Of a DNA stretch of 64,000 nt, positions 1 through 13,805 are shown piece after piece. Every line of letters begins with the position of its first letter. Position 1 is the first letter of the stretch. The notes below the pieces were generated by a model, which did no database searches, was not told the DNA's origin, and worked only from the letters and a program-made list of their open reading frames with translations. Source of the stretch: Eledone cirrhosa (lineage: Eukaryota); assembly GCA_964016885.1 (NCBI GenBank), contig OZ024742.1, positions 267,344,001 through 267,408,000 of the forward strand, given 5' to 3'. The translations under genes were made by a program, and so were the position numbers.

Positions 1-350
1 GTATGTTTGCCTGGGAGAATGAGATTGCCTGTTTGCGAGATAATATGCGTGCACGATTAAATACGTGTTCTTTGTTTCAAATGAGTAAGTGCATGTGTAC
101 ATGGGTTCTTGTGGGAGTGAACCAGTATTTGGTAAAGTGTGTATGTGTAAGAACTTTTGCGTGATAGTGCGTTTGTTTCTGTGTCAGTCATCATGAATGT
201 CTTTTAAAGTCTGTGTTTCTGTGTATTCTTACACAGAAGTAAAGGTTTGTCTCGTTAATAATAACCTTCTGGTAAGACGAAATGATTGATAAGTTCTGTT
301 CTAAGACATTCCAGGGTGGTGATGTTAATGAGATATATTGGATAAAATAA
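1..350 (-). pseudogene. Highly decayed PLE reverse-transcriptase C-terminal remnant
   Basis: Minus-strand pieces LYFCVRIHRNTD and FNRARILS resemble the PLE RT 'LPFLDV.I' and 'LF.RA..I.S' segments; frames are broken. Confidence 0.3.
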
Positions 351-859
351 TAATAATAGATGTAGCCATCATTTCCTTTCTTCTTGCTTTCTAAATGTTC
401 CTTGGACATATCATCGTAGATCATCCTTCGATAATTGGCCAAGTTCGTGAGCTGGCGGCAAGGAATTTATCTACGGTATAGACATTCCAACAAAGAATCC
501 CTACCAAATCATGCAATCATAACTTTCCAACTTACTGATTTGCTGAATGTCAGAGCACTTTTACTCTGGTTTTAATAATACTTCATCCGATTGCCATTTG
601 GTTACACACATCACATATACACACACGATTACACAAAATCACAATTACATACGTAATCTGACATCCATACACACGAAAACACACGTACACACTCATATAA
701 ACGAACACATTATTATGTATAGTTGTGATGTTACTAGTTAAGACCAGTAAATCCATTTTCAGCCCTGTACTTTACCCATAAGAAAGTAGAATGCAGGTAA
801 TATAACGATTTTCTGCCCTACCGTTGAGCTCTTACCGCTACAACATCAAGCAGATAATT

Positions 860-1310
860 GAAGGTGTTCCATCATTTGGTTCGTCCCAAAACTCTCATCG
901 GAGCGTGGTTATGGTTTGATTAATATTTATTGGGCGGGATAGGGAATAAAATGCACAATGGGGGAAGTAGTGAGTATGGGGGATAAGGGTTTTGAAGTTC
1001 TCAAGTTATTTTTAGTTTTAAAGTTTTGTTTTATGCTGGCTGTTTAGTGTTTATTTTAAATTGAACGAATAAAAGTTTCAAAGTTTCTGCCCGCACGAGG
1101 GAAGCAAGATGTGCTATAAACCTATTAATGTAGAAACTTTGATTTGTATTTTTTCTTGAATGAAGTGTAGTTTTGTGTGATGTATGTTTGTGCTGTGTAT
1201 ATGTCTTTTTCGTGTGGGGCGTTTACGGCCGTAAAATTCTGTGGGATTTTAATTCATCTTTAATGGATGCACCAGACGTCGGAACGGTTGAAATAATTAC
1301 ACTCGCTGAG
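860..1310 (-). mobile_element. Possible decayed PLE 3' end (GIY-YIG remnant plus hammerhead-like motif)
   Basis: Minus strand: weak GIY-YIG-like residues at about 1050-1310, then a pyrimidine-rich UTR and CCGATGA..GAAC at about 875-901. Confidence 0.25.
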
Positions 1311-1689
1311 AATAATTGTTAAGGCTAGCCAAATGACCTGCTGACATCAAGCAACCAAGGAGCTCTGTGGTGCCCGGCACGTCTTTAAAGAAATTCCTTT
1401 AATCATTATATTTTCTCTTTTCTCTATGTAAAAATATTAGGAATGCACAAATTCCAATTGGAATTTGATAGATTTATAGACACATAGATAAGTAGTCAAA
1501 TAGCTAACACCATAACATAAATACTTAGTTACCAGTGTGTAGATTTTCTATATGAATACAACCACAAGGATACGGTCCGAACGTGGAAGGGCCGAACTCC
1601 CACTGTCATCGCCTCTATCTCTCTCACCCGCCCATCTCTCTGTATGGTGAGCAAATGGGGTCCCACGTGCTGACCTTCCTACAGCTCCG

Positions 1690-2165
1690 GCGGACAGAAT
1701 GGAGAAGGATGGTAAGGGAGATGCGCTGGAAGAGCCATTCCATCTCGTGATGTTCACACCTGAGACATGGTGAGTAGGGAAGTAGACATAGGACCAAGGA
1801 CACCAGAAGTCTCCACTGCCAAGGGCACGACCGCAAACCTGTCGGAGAGCGACCGGTAGTTGGAGAGTTTCCCCTCCTCAGTCCCAAGCCCGACGTGCAG
1901 CAGAACCTGGGTTAGTCGCAGACAGCACCAGGTTGCGGCTGGAGAAAGTGTCGCTGCAAGTGGCATCCCAGACTAGGGGGTTGCCACCGCGGAACGACGG
2001 GAAGATGGTCATACGGTCTAGCCTTTTGCGGTCGCCTCAGTCCAGCACCACCTGCTCGAGCTGGGAAGGGAAGTCTGCAGCATCCAAGCCATGCTTTATG
2101 ACCTCGTTGAGGGCAGCATGGCGTGGAAGGCGGCCGGCAGTGTGGCGACAAAAAAGTGTGGCGCC
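1690..2165 (-). mobile_element. CRE-clade non-LTR retrotransposon 3' fragment (restriction-like endonuclease domain)
   Basis: Joined frames read CRHTAGRLPRHAALNEVIK...DRKRLDRMTIFP..GNPLVWDATCSDTF...EEGKLSNYRSLSDRFAVVPLAVETSGVLG...WLFQRISL, matching the RLE signature (RH, RPD, WD.T, K..KY, AVET.G, QRIS). Confidence 0.75.
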
Positions 2166-2169
2166 AAAT

Positions 2170-3908
2170 ATGACTCCCATGCTGGAGTGGCGATATTCAC
2201 AACACCCGGCTTTCAGAATGTCTTATAGACTGTATCCCATTATGAGAGAGGATTTGCCTCTTGAAACTTGGTTGAAAGATCGGTCTCTGTGGGTGTTGCA
2301 AGTTTATGCATCAAACGAGGAGTCCAAATACAGCTTCTTCTTTGATGATGTCACTGTAATGTTAGATGTAGTTAAGACTGAGTCATATATCCTAATGGGA
2401 AACATCAATGCATTTGTTGGCAATGGCCACCTGGAAGGAATGGCGACCCGAATCTAAATACGAATGAAGAGGCCTTACTAGAATTCTGTACTAGCAATCG
2501 ACTCTCTATTGAAGAGCTTCCAGCAGAGAGACATCATAAATATACATGATGTAAGGGGAATCAGGGACAGAGATAAAAAATTGTTATTATCTCTGATCTC
2601 TTTGATTGTGTGCTGGATGTTCGTGTTAAGAGAGGGCCTGAGCTATCTAATCAACATATAGTGATCTGCAACGTGAGACTACCTAGAGCCAATGAAGGTC
2701 ACAGAGCTGACAGGTCCAGATCGACCTACAGGATAAAGGTAGGAGCATTGGTAGATATGGATGTCAGGACCAGGTATGCAGTTAATATTGCATCTAAATT
2801 CAAAGAACTCCCTGAGCACAACTGAGGACATTGAGAGAGAGCGAAGATTGTTCGCGTAGATTTTCTGCCTTAGTTGATAAATGCTGCGGGTGAAAGAGGA
2901 TTTGGGTAGCGCCGGGTGGCAGGAGGAACCTTTCGGTTAACCAAGTTGTCAAAGATGCCATTCGCACAAAGGAGATTACAAAGATTGGCTCGGAAATAAA
3001 TCATCCTTCTTGCACTTGCTGTATAAGCAGGCACGAAGAATGGCAGCAGAGACAGTAAAGGCATCCTAATTTAAAATATGGAAGGACTTTGCGGTTAAGC
3101 TGGAATCTGACTACAGAACAGCAAATAAAGTGTTCTAGCAGACCAGCCAATGAATACGTAATAAGAACTTTTTCTTCCCACCTGTTACCAAGAACGCATC
3201 AGAGATTCTCCTCTCTTCAGGGACGTGCATACTCGCGAGGTGGAGAGAATAATTTGCTGAACCCCCTAAAACCGAATACAACAGCATATTCTGAAGTACA
3301 AGAGGTGCCTCCGGGAGCGGGAGTTAATGTTTCAGAGGCTGACATCACAAGAACAGTGAAAGAGTTCAAATGTGGCAATGCCGCCGGGGTAGATGTGTGG
3401 CCTGGATCTCTGGATAGGTACCTAAACAATGGCAATCGGGAGTAATAATCGCAATTTTCAAAAAGGGAGACGACAGTGATTGTTTCAAATAAGCTGGATC
3501 TCCTTGTTAAGCCTCCCCGGAAACGTCTAGGCTAAGTGCCTGGCAAAGAGATGCTGGGAGATTGTCGCGTCAAAGCTAACTCATGAAGAGTGTGGCTTTT
3601 GTCTCGTACGCAGCACAGAAGACCAAATAGGCACACTGCAGCAAGTCTTCGAGATATCATAGTAGTATAAGCAAGAGATTCATTCTCGTTTTGTTGAACT
3701 TGAAAAAGGCCACGTATCTCGGGACCGTGTGGGGAATGTGTATCGGATCGCTGATTAGCTTCTTGTTGCTCTGATATCTCCATACGTATGACTGAGTATT
3801 TGCTTTCGGATAAAAGCTGCTAAATCGAAACCATTGAATGTGGGAGTCGGACTCCGCCAGGGTTGCGTACTCTCACTTCTTCAGTAAATTATTTTCATGA
3901 ACAGGATT
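2170..3908 (+). mobile_element. Decayed RTE-clade LINE (Expander/Rex3-like), APE plus 5' half of RT
   Basis: LQVYASNEESKY...ILMGNINAFVGN (APE); LDVRVKRGPELSNQHIV; KCGNAAGVD; VGVGLRQGCVLS..IIFMNRI at 3840-3908; many stops and frameshifts. Confidence 0.8.
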
Positions 3909-5949
3909 TGGCCCCTCTTGCACTGTGGAAGAATTCTTTCGCGGTGATTGATTGGTTCAACGGCATATGTAACAAGGAACATTGCCGTTTTATCCAATTT
4001 GACATCAACAATTACTACTCCTCCATCATTTTACCACTTCTCCTTAGAGCTATCAATTTCGCTAAAACACTCACAGTGCTTAAGGATTTCGAAGTTGATG
4101 TCATCCTCAATGCCCGTAAGTCGGTGATTAATTTCGACGCCTCTATTTGGATTAAAAAAGCCAATAGTACCCCATTCGACGTGAGTATGGGCGCCAGCGA
4201 ATCTGATGAGGTTACTGATCTTATCGGCCTTTTCCTTCTTTTCTCTATCAAGAACGAATTCCCCAACGCGGCGGTGGTTTGTACCATGATGATGGTCTTT
4301 TGACCATGACTAAGTGTGGACCTCGTGCTTGCGACAGGTTCAGAAAAGAACTCACAGCCTTCTTTAAAGGCTTCAACCTCTCTATACAGGTTGAGGCCAA
4401 TCTCTCGGTCGTTAATTACCTCGACGTTACCCTCAATTTATTGAATGGGTTGTATTACCCGTACAGAAAGCCGAATGATACGCTTAATTACATAAGTAAG
4501 CATTCCAACCATCCTGCCAGCATAACCAAGAACCTGGTAAGAAACGTTTCGTTGAGGCTTTCCCGTCTATCTACTAACGAGCATATTTTCAACGACCATT
4601 CCACTTATTACAATGAAGCTCTTGCTCGGAGTAGATTTGTCGATAAGGTAGCATATACAGAGTACGGAATAGACCTAGAAGAAATAGATCCCGTCGTATT
4701 TGTTGGTATAACCCACCATATAATATGGAGGTGGCCACACCATTAGCTAAGATCTTTCTTTCCCTTATTACTAAGCATTTTCCCCCTACACATAAATATT
4801 ATAAACTTTTTAATAGAAATACTATTAACATTTCTTACTCTACAACTCCTAACCTTGCACATAACATTACAGCTTCAAATTTAGCTAAACTACCTAGCCG
4901 TAGGAACACGTGCAACCCTGTAGTTAGTACAAACTGTAATTGTAGGAAATCGGGTTGATTGCCCCCTATCCGGGAAATGCCTCTCTAGTAACTTTGTCTA
5001 CAAATGTAAGGTTGAAACACCTACGTCCCGTAGGGCCTACATAGGGTTAACCGCCAATAGATTCAAGCAGCGTCTTTACATGCATACCCATTCTTTTCGT
5101 TACCCCTAAGAAGGAATATGACGTCACTTTCAGCTTATATCTGGAGTCTAAAAGACAACCACACCCAATATAAGTTACACTGGGAGATCCTAGGTCGTAT
5201 AACGGAAATAAAAGACCGTGTGACCTCTGCGCCGCTGAGGCCCAGGAAATACTCTACGCCACAGACCACATCTTAAACAAAAAATCTGAGGCAATTTCGG
5301 CTTGTAAACATAAATTGCACAAAACTTTCCTGTATTACAGTCCCACGTTATACCCTAACGGATAGTACGAACTATACGTGGATATTTTACGTCTTGATGT
5401 GGTAGCTAAGTATATGTTTTGTTTATACCATTACTTATTTGCATGGGTAAGTATATATTACCTGTATGTTTTGTGAAGGTACGTATACCTTCTCGTACGT
5501 ATATTTGATTGTATATGTTATGGCGTATAATTTTATATTTTCTGGTACATATGGTTTGGTTATGTGTATACGGGAGTTTTGCGTCTGTGTGAGTATGCAG
5601 GTTCGTACGTATGTAGGGTGTGTGTATATGTGTACTTCATGTTTTGGTTGACTTACATCTCCGAACATTTGTGTATTTACATGTAGGCATGTGTGTGTGC
5701 TTGTTATATACGTATTTATTTATTTATATACGTTTATTTAATAATTTATTTATTTGTATACACACACGCACACATATTTATATGTGCGTGGTTTTGTATA
5801 CCTAAGGTAAGTGTTTTAGCGTATGCTTGTGTATGTACGTATTTGTATGCGTGTATGTATTTATTTAATTTCTATTACCTCTGTATTGTATTTATTTACT
5901 TTGTTCCTAACTCTGAAGCGGAGATTCTTTCGGTCTCCTAGTTAGAATT

Positions 5950-6220
5950 TTAGTCTACGACTTCTGCTATACCATTTACGTGGTTTCGTCTTTGCGTGCA
6001 ATTGTTCACCACGCTCCACATATGACGTATTATCTTCGTTTTTTCGTTCATTGCCAGAGAACGTCACTATGAACCACCTAAGAGAACATTAGTCTACGAC
6101 CTCTTTTATACCATAAACGTGGTTCTGTCTTTGCGCGTAATTGCTTTTCACCGCTCCTATTAATGACGTATTATATTCGTTTTTTCCCGTTCTTTGCCAG
6201 GGAACGTTTCCACGAACCAA
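5950..6220 (+). repeat. Diverged tandem duplication, about 138 bp unit
   Basis: ttagtctacgac...atacca..acgtggtt...tatgacgtattat...ttgccag.gaacgt occurs at about 5950 and 6089. Confidence 0.75.
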
Positions 6221-6297
6221 AGTATCGTCTTCCTGTCTTCCTCCGGTTGCAACGTTTTTTGAAATATCCACTTCTGCGTTTACAGATTGACTTTGTT

Positions 6298-6335
6298 AGT
6301 TACAGAAGATCCCGTTAAGGGTGAAAGCAGCGATT
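6298..6335 (+). ncRNA. Degenerate minimal hammerhead motif in PLE pLTR
   Basis: CAGAAGA-TCCC-gttaa-GGGT-GAAA; a related copy of this pLTR end lies on the minus strand at about 58880-59040. Confidence 0.4.
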
Positions 6336-6455
6336 CTTTGCTTAAACTTTAATCTGTTATTTTAATAAATATTTGCTCTACGGTTCTTATATATTTGATA
6401 TATATTTATCCTTAATGAGCCCTCTTTGGATTTTAGTCTTCAAATTTATTATTAT

Positions 6456-6537
<82 letters not shown>

Positions 6538-6574
6538 ATATATATGTATATATGTATATATATATATATATATG

Positions 6575-8900
6575 AGAAAATAAGGAATTTTAAAGCACTC
6601 TCTTTCCTTTACCTTTCCTATGGAAATACTTCATTTAAACAGCTCCCACCGGGAATGATCGAAGAATATTCAATATTACATATATGATGCGCACCTTCTA
6701 GCCCGATAAGTTGAGCACCCTACAGTTTCAGGAAATTAACTAACATACACCATGGACTTTTCTGGATTGGATTATTCTATCAAAACTATTCCTACTCCTT
6801 CTAACACCACTCAGATCAAATTATTAATTGACAAAATTGAACAAGTCATAAAAAGAATGAGATGGAAGGCGATGATTTTCGATGGACAATTGTGTGCTGA
6901 TTCTAATGACTACTTTGATATTAAATCACGTAAATACCCACCTAGAAGTAAGGACATGGCCAACTTGGAAATAGACCTAGTTAACATGATAAATGAATTA
7001 AAATACCGTAAGTACAAAAACAATTTTCAATCCAAACTCTTTAACGACATTTTCTAATTTTAAACACTCTAAAAATACTTTCATTTTTTCTGACAAAACC
7101 AAAAGTCTTTATGAAGTTAATGACAATTCGTATAACCAGCTATTAACAGATAGTATCACTGCTAAATACCAAAAACCTAACATTAATACTCATAATACCA
7201 TTAATAATGAAGCTAAAGCTCTAGCTAGTACTTTAAAAATTGATAACCGAAATGAAAGCCTAACCAAACGTAAATAATATATTACCCTTAAAGACCATAA
7301 ATCAGATTTACTAATCCACGTAGTTGTAGACTAATCAACCCTGCTAAATCCGAAATTGGTCTTGCGAGTAAAAGAATCCTAAGAAATATAATACTTCAAA
7401 TAAGAACTAAGACTGACTTTTCCCAATGATTAAATACTCCCTCTGTTATTTCTTGGTTTAATAATATACAAGGAAAAAATAAGTGTAGATTTACCCAATT
7501 TGATATTGTTGATTTTTAATCCTTATTAACTAAAACCTTAGATTTTGCTAGACTTTTCATTAATATTTCTAAATTAGAAGAAGATGTTATCTTACATGCT
7601 AGGAAAACACTACATTTTGCTAATGAAGGTTACAAAATCAAGCCCTGAAAACCCTTTTGATGTCGCGATGGGCTCATACGATAGCACCGATGTGTACGAC
7701 TTAGTAGGATTATTCGTCCTCCACACCCTGAAAGAGAAATTTCCTTGCCATAATATGGGTTTATACCGAGACGATGGTTTGGCAGTTTCTCATACCACAA
7801 ACGGCCATATCTTGATAAATTCCGTAAAGACTTTTCTAACACTAAACACAATAACAGGAAAAGAAAAATTATTTGCTTTACACCTCACTTCTCGCTAACT
7901 GTTAAAACTAACGTAGGAAGAACATTCCTCGAACTTCTAGACACAAAGTTTCCCCCTAATCATAGATATAATAAGATATTTAATAGAAATTTAGTTAAAG
8001 TCAGCTACTCTTGCTGCCCATCAATGAAAATTAAAATTACCAACTCAAATGGTACTGGAGGAAATCCGGGATGCAGCTGCAGGAAACCGGAAGAATGCCC
8101 ATTACATGGCAAAAGTAATACTAAATCCATTGTGTATGAGGCCGAGTTTGCAGCAATTGTTAATAACCAGCTAGCCAGAAGTGAGAAATATGTTGGCATG
8201 ACTCAGGATAGATTTAAAACCCAATATTATGCACATGCCACTACTTTCAAAGACCCTACAAAAAGAACAGCAACGGCGCTGGCAAATAAAGTGTGGGACA
8301 GAAATATTCCATACTCTATTGATTTTAAACCCCTAAAGGCAATACCAAAGGGGCACAAAGAAATATTCTTTGTGTACTACGGAAACATTTAGAACTCTCC
8401 AAAACCTGAAAACCCCTCCCACTTGCCTCGACTCTAAGACCAAGATCTTTAGATGTTGTCCGCATCTGAAATTGCATCTACCTTTTAGCTGGATTAACAC
8501 ACCAACGTTTCCTCTTTACATATCACACCTTCCACTCACTACCAACATCATCACCTTATGAACACTACTTCTTACCAAGTTTATCATATAAACACATACA
8601 TTCTACCAATATATACATTTTTTCTCCCTCATGTTTATATATTTTTTTCATTTGATTTATAACCCCCCCCCCCTTCTTTCTATCATACCTTTAACACATA
8701 CACACCCACCACCTTCATCCTGTATTCTACCTTTACCCATATCACTTTTTAACTATGTACCCTTATCCAGATCTCTCACAATTTATACACCCATTTTCTC
8801 CCTCACCTGTTTATCTTGATTTATTATATTATTTTATTTTAATTATACTCTCCCACGTCCTCACTTGCCCACAATGTTTTTAAGTCTACTCACATATGAT
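6575..8900 (+). mobile_element. Near full-length decayed Naiad-like PLE (ORF about 6752-8500)
   Basis: N-term YSIKTIPTPS..LIDKIEQVIKRMRWKA; SDKT; LKDHK..SCRLINPAKSEIG; QFDIVDF; FDVAMGSYDSTDVYDLVG; GLYRDDGL; CSCRKPEECPL; IVYEA..YVGMTQDRFK; internal deletion after the RT core. Confidence 0.9.
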
Positions 8901-8975
8901 TGTATGTGGGGGGGGGGCATATGCAGACAGGCATATGTGTACATACACATATATGTGTATTTATACATATATACA

Positions 8976-9036
<61 letters not shown>

Positions 9037-9042
9037 CTTATG

Positions 9043-9087
<45 letters not shown>

Positions 9088-9092
<5 letters not shown>

Positions 9093-9825
9093 TATTACAC
9101 AAATAAAAGTGTGTTACACAGTGAAATGTGTGTTACCGTTACTGTATAGAAAACAATATCTACAGGTTTAGCAATTAAATAGAAAAAAACCTAAGTCAGA
9201 ATTAAATCACTGAAGTAGAGTTTTAAATTACTAACCTTATAACTATAAGTTTGCTGATACGAATTAAGTTCGTTTCGCCACAGAAATGTGCAGTTTAACA
9301 GCTACAGGTTCATCAGTCAGCAAATGTGGATTCTGTTTACTACACATCTAACCTCATGGATAGAGAGAAAGCTAATATTAACGCTGCCCAGGGTAGGGCG
9401 AAATCACGTGTTATTTGCATCAAATAACGGTTCTCATGGATTGGGGAAAATGGTAGAGAGAGCAGCCCAACCATTCGAATTTATTAGCTCAACAATTTGG
9501 AACTCGTTGAGTATACTAGGAGCGGAATTAAGAGTATCAGCAAACTTATAGTTATAAGGTTAGTAATTTAAAACTCTACATCAGTGATTTAATTCTGACT
9601 TAGGTTTTTTTCTATTTAATTGCTAAACCTGTAGATATTGTTTTCTATACAGTAACGGTAAAAATCACTTGTAATAATCCTTTACACACATTTCACTGTG
9701 TAACACATTTCTATTTGTGTAATATATTTGTATCTGAGCTCAGCAGAAAATTATCTATTCTTCTTTGAGCTAATATTATTATTATTACTGTGAACTGCGG
9801 AATACTCTTAATTCCGATCCTAGTA
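9088..9825. repeat. Non-coding fold-back (inverted-repeat) element between (TA)n tracts
   Basis: About 9088-9260 is the reverse complement of about 9534-9731; 9803-9826 is the reverse complement of 9512-9537. Confidence 0.85.
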
Positions 9826-10547
9826 TATATATATATATATATAGTATTAAGGATACTATTTATGGTTATGTATATAATAAAACCTTATATGGATTGTATA
9901 ATGGACATGTAGTATATAAATTGCGTTTCCTGGATTGTGTGAGTGGTGGTGGGTGCGAGGACAGTGGTGCTGTTTTGCTTCTCATTTGTTATATTTTTGG
10001 TGTTTCTCTACAAACGGGCTTACACGTATATATCGTACAGGTGTGTGGGGAAAATGCTTTAACAATACAGACCCCATGATGCTATTGATTGCCTGCTTTA
10101 ACTGCTTGTTTTACATGTATCAATCTGCCGCACTATAATACTGTATAAATAAGACACGCGTGCATGCCACACGTGAGACTGTTTCGTACACTGACTACTC
10201 TAAACTTTCCTCTTGCTTTATCTTCATAAACTGCCAATGTTTTATTTTTATTTTTATTTATTTAAATTTTAATTTTAACTTTAATTTTGTCCTTTAATAT
10301 GAATGTATGTAAATTGGCATATTATTATATTATTATGATGGATGTCAACCCACCGTGGGTCAATATATACATATGTTTTTATATGTCTCTTGTGTTGAAA
10401 AGGAGGACAAGTATGTAAAAATCAATAAATAGTTGCTCCGAAGAATCCAAACCTCGGTTTGGAGGAAACAATTGTAAGCAAATAAATGATTTAAACTGAA
10501 CTTTGATTCATGTAATTTCTCTCTCTCTCTATATATATATATATATT

Positions 10548-10625
<78 letters not shown>

Positions 10626-10626
<1 letters not shown>

Positions 10627-10808
10627 TGTTTTTACTTTTGGCACAAGGCCAGCAATTAACCAGTGTATTACTGGTACTTTATATTATCGACCCCATAAGT
10701 ATGAAAGGTAAAGTTAACCTCGGCTGGATTTGAACTCAGAATTGAAAGGGCCGTAAGTCTTTGCGTGAAAGCATGGCGTCCGACCCTCTACCGATACTGA
10801 CAAACCGT
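10626..10808 (-). mobile_element. tRNA-derived SINE with Deu/Nin-like core
   Basis: Minus strand has an A-box-like head, B-box GAGTTCAAATCC and core CCTTTCAT.CTT..GGGGTCGATAA; same family as 15927, 47701 and 49923. Confidence 0.85.
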
Positions 10809-11011
10809 CTATAATTATAATTTTTTTGCGCGTGGATCTGTCTGTGACTATATCTTTTCAATTTTTGGCTACTCCCGTTTGTGTATAATTATCCTTACCC
10901 TTTATATACACCTACCTGCGAGTGTGTGTGTATATATAGTTTGTCTGCCTATATGTATATGCACACACACACACGCACGTGTATGTATGCATGCATGTGT
11001 TTGTGTGCGTA

Positions 11012-11057
<46 letters not shown>

Positions 11058-11101
11058 AGGAAGTTATAGTTCACTTGAAGGGTTGTGTAATGAGGTATAA
11101 A

Positions 11102-12116
11102 CGTTTGAATTTGTAAAGCCAAACAATGCAGGTATGGACATAGAATAAAAATGCAAATGCAAAAGATATTGTTGACAATTAGTCTTTTACCTTAGATTTA
11201 TTTAAATGTCCTTAATTTTCGAGATAATATCTCTTCTTCGGAGGGAAGTAAAGCGGTTAAACCAGTGTTCTAAATAGCTTGCCAAGTCATGCTGACAGGA
11301 AATGGTATAGAGTATCTTTTCTATCTCTAATGTCAAAGAGTTAAGGTTAGGTGGATAAAGAGTAGTCTCCCTTTAAAAGGGTGTTTTTTGTACATGTCTG
11401 TTTAAGTGTGTGGGAGAATGCGTGAATGAATAAGTATGTGTGTGTGTGTGTGAGTGTGAGAAGATATATCTATACGTAAATGTGGGGGATAGATGTTCTC
11501 TCGTGTTAGAACTGGTCTTGGTGTGTGTATGTGTGTGTGTGAGAGAGAATATGTGGAGGTGTAAGCGTGTGTGTGTGTGTGTGTGCGTGTGTGTGTGTGC
11601 GTGTGTATGTGTGTGGGGGTGTAAGTATGGGGCTAGATGCTCTATCAAGTGATATATTGGGTGTTGAGTTCTAGTCTATTATTGATTTGTGGTTGTGTAC
11701 GCGGACAGCTAACCAAAAGACACTCCAACAGACTTGACAACCGCTGCAGGCTAGCCGACTGCCCCATCAACGACACAGACCTATGCCACCAAGCTTACGT
11801 CGTATACAGACTAGAGTGCGACAAATGCAACAACTTCTACGTAGGTAGCACCACCAGACCACTCCACATAAGAATAAACGAACACCTCAATACTAACGCT
11901 TCCTCATTTAAGAAACACCTAGTGAAATGCAAAAAACACCGACAAAACCATCACAGTTAGGATAGAAACAAAGGAAAGAAACCTCGGCAATCTTACAATT
12001 AAGGAAGCACTAATTATAGACAAAACACAACCACCAATCAATAATAGACTAGAACTCAACACCCAATTTATAACTTGATAGAGCATCTATCCCCATACTT
12101 ACACCCCATCACACAC

Positions 12117-12207
<91 letters not shown>

Positions 12208-12646
12208 TACATCTCCACTTATTCTCTCTCTCACACACACATACACACACCAAGACCAGTTCTAACGCGAGAGAACATCTATCCCCCACATTTACGTATA
12301 GACATATCTTCTCACACTCACACACACACACATACTTACATATTCACGCATTCTCCCACACACTTAAACAGACATGTACAAAAAAAAAAACATTTTAAAG
12401 GGAGACTACTCTTTATCCACCTAACCTTAAATCTTTGACATTAGAGATAGAAAAGATACTCTATACCATTTCCTGTCAGCATTACTTGGCATGCTATACT
12501 TCCCTCCGAAGAAGAGATATTATCTCGAAAATTAAGGACATTTAAATAAATCTAAGGTAAAAGACTAATTGTCAACAATATCTTTGGCATTTGCATTTTT
12601 ATTCTATGTCCTTACCTGCATTGTTTGGCTTTACAAATTCAAACAT
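11102..12646 (+). mobile_element. 5'-truncated PLE: inverted pLTR, GIY-YIG, pLTR
   Basis: About 11102-11685 is the reverse complement of about 12040-12646; the centre encodes CRLADCPINDTDLC..VVYRLECDKCNNFYVGSTTRPLHIRINEH (GIY-YIG of a non-Naiad type). Confidence 0.9.
12500..12538 (+). ncRNA. Minimal type-I hammerhead-like motif (CCGAAGA core)
   Basis: tccct-CCGAAGA-a-GAGATA-t-TATCTC-GAAA-atta-agga; mirror copy on the minus strand at about 11208-11246. Confidence 0.55.
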
Positions 12647-13090
12647 CTCCCCCTGTTTGCTGAAATTAAAGTAAGTGAGTCTGTCACTAAAACAAGAGCA
12701 TAAGGTCTTCGAAATGCTTTTAATTAAGCATACAGTGTATTGCAAAATACACTATATATACATTGATATATATATAGCTATTTCAGAGCACCAATTCTAA
12801 TTTTCAATTTCTGCTTGACCGGCAACCGCTCTGTATAATCAGTTCCTGATTATTTACTAGAATTCTATAAGAACCAAACATCCATGATTTCAGCAAACAG
12901 GAGGAGTAGTTGGCTTTGATAAGCATCAATAAATGCGAAACAAAGCCTTGTCAGCTTTATCTCCCCCTGGTTGCTGAAATTAAAGTAAGTGAGTCTGTCA
13001 CTACTCTAAAACAATAGCATAAGGTCTTCGAAATGCTTTTAATTAAGCATACAGTGTATTGCAAAATACACTATATATACATTCATATAT
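12646..13090 (+). repeat. About 125 bp direct repeat pair with a short internal inverted copy (pLTR-like)
   Basis: atctccccctg.ttgctgaaattaaagtaagtgagtctgtcac...tacactatatatacatt at about 12645 and 12959; tttcagcaaacaggaggag at about 12888 is inverted. Confidence 0.75.
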
Positions 13091-13736
13091 ATATATATAT
13101 ATATGCACGTTTATTGATTTATGCATATATGTTTGCGTGTGTTGATATATTATTGGGTGCGTGTGTCTGCGTGTGTGTGTGTGTGTATATATATATAAAT
13201 GGTGGCTGCCAACTCGTTTTCGAGTACGGCCACTACTTTATATCCATGTAGAAGAACTCCTACCGATGCGCTGTACGAGTGTGACATTTTAGCCCAGCCA
13301 GCGACTTGAAAACTCTGGAACAAACACTACACTTGTGACAATTATTGACACATAGTGCTGGGCCCATGGTACCATGTGACGACAAGTGCAGAGAGATCTC
13401 CAGATATAAAGCAATGCCTGTGCCGTGAAGCTTTTATAGTAACCAAGATGATATTTACCTAAAAGAAGAACAAGTCAACATCATTGGATACGATCAGGGT
13501 TGCAGGTGTTATATCAGAGTTTTCCTTCTCCTAGAATTCTGCCTTGACAAAGGCTAAGGGGTCATCTCTCCCGGTGATTTTGGATGGCCATTGACTCTTA
13601 AGAGCTCCTTTGCGCTTTGACAGGTTTTGTTTTTAGTCCTGCAGGATGTCCAAAGTCACCCTCCTCACCATGAAACCTTGGTGGGGTTGCCAGTTTAGTC
13701 GCCAACGACCCGACCACGAGTATATATATATATACA

Positions 13737-13805
<69 letters not shown>

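Larger units (their letters stand above)
3910..6460 (+). mobile_element. 5'-truncated Naiad-like PLE (RT plus GIY-YIG, long 3' pLTR)
   Basis: WKNSFAVIDWF..FIQFDINNYYSSI, FDVSMGASES.EVTDLIG, YHDDGL, YRKPN..YI...SNHP; CNCRK..CPLSGKCL, VYKC..YIGLT..FKQR..H, CDLC..E, CKH; 3' region ends at (TA)n at about 6460. Confidence 0.88.

Noticed and set aside
4956-4958. TGA in the Cys-rich linker of the first PLE as selenocysteine
   Set aside because: A 1-nt frameshift restores CNCRKS.DCPLSGKC with all cysteines intact, so the TGA is out of frame
5907-5946. Hairpin ctaact-CTGAAGC-ggaga..tctcc-t-agttag as a hammerhead
   Set aside because: It lacks the GAAA and stem III half, and the core is altered
7427-7429. 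In-frame TGA in the PLE RT as a recoded codon
   Set aside because: It aligns to the conserved Trp of QW.N (TGG to TGA) in a copy with many other lesions
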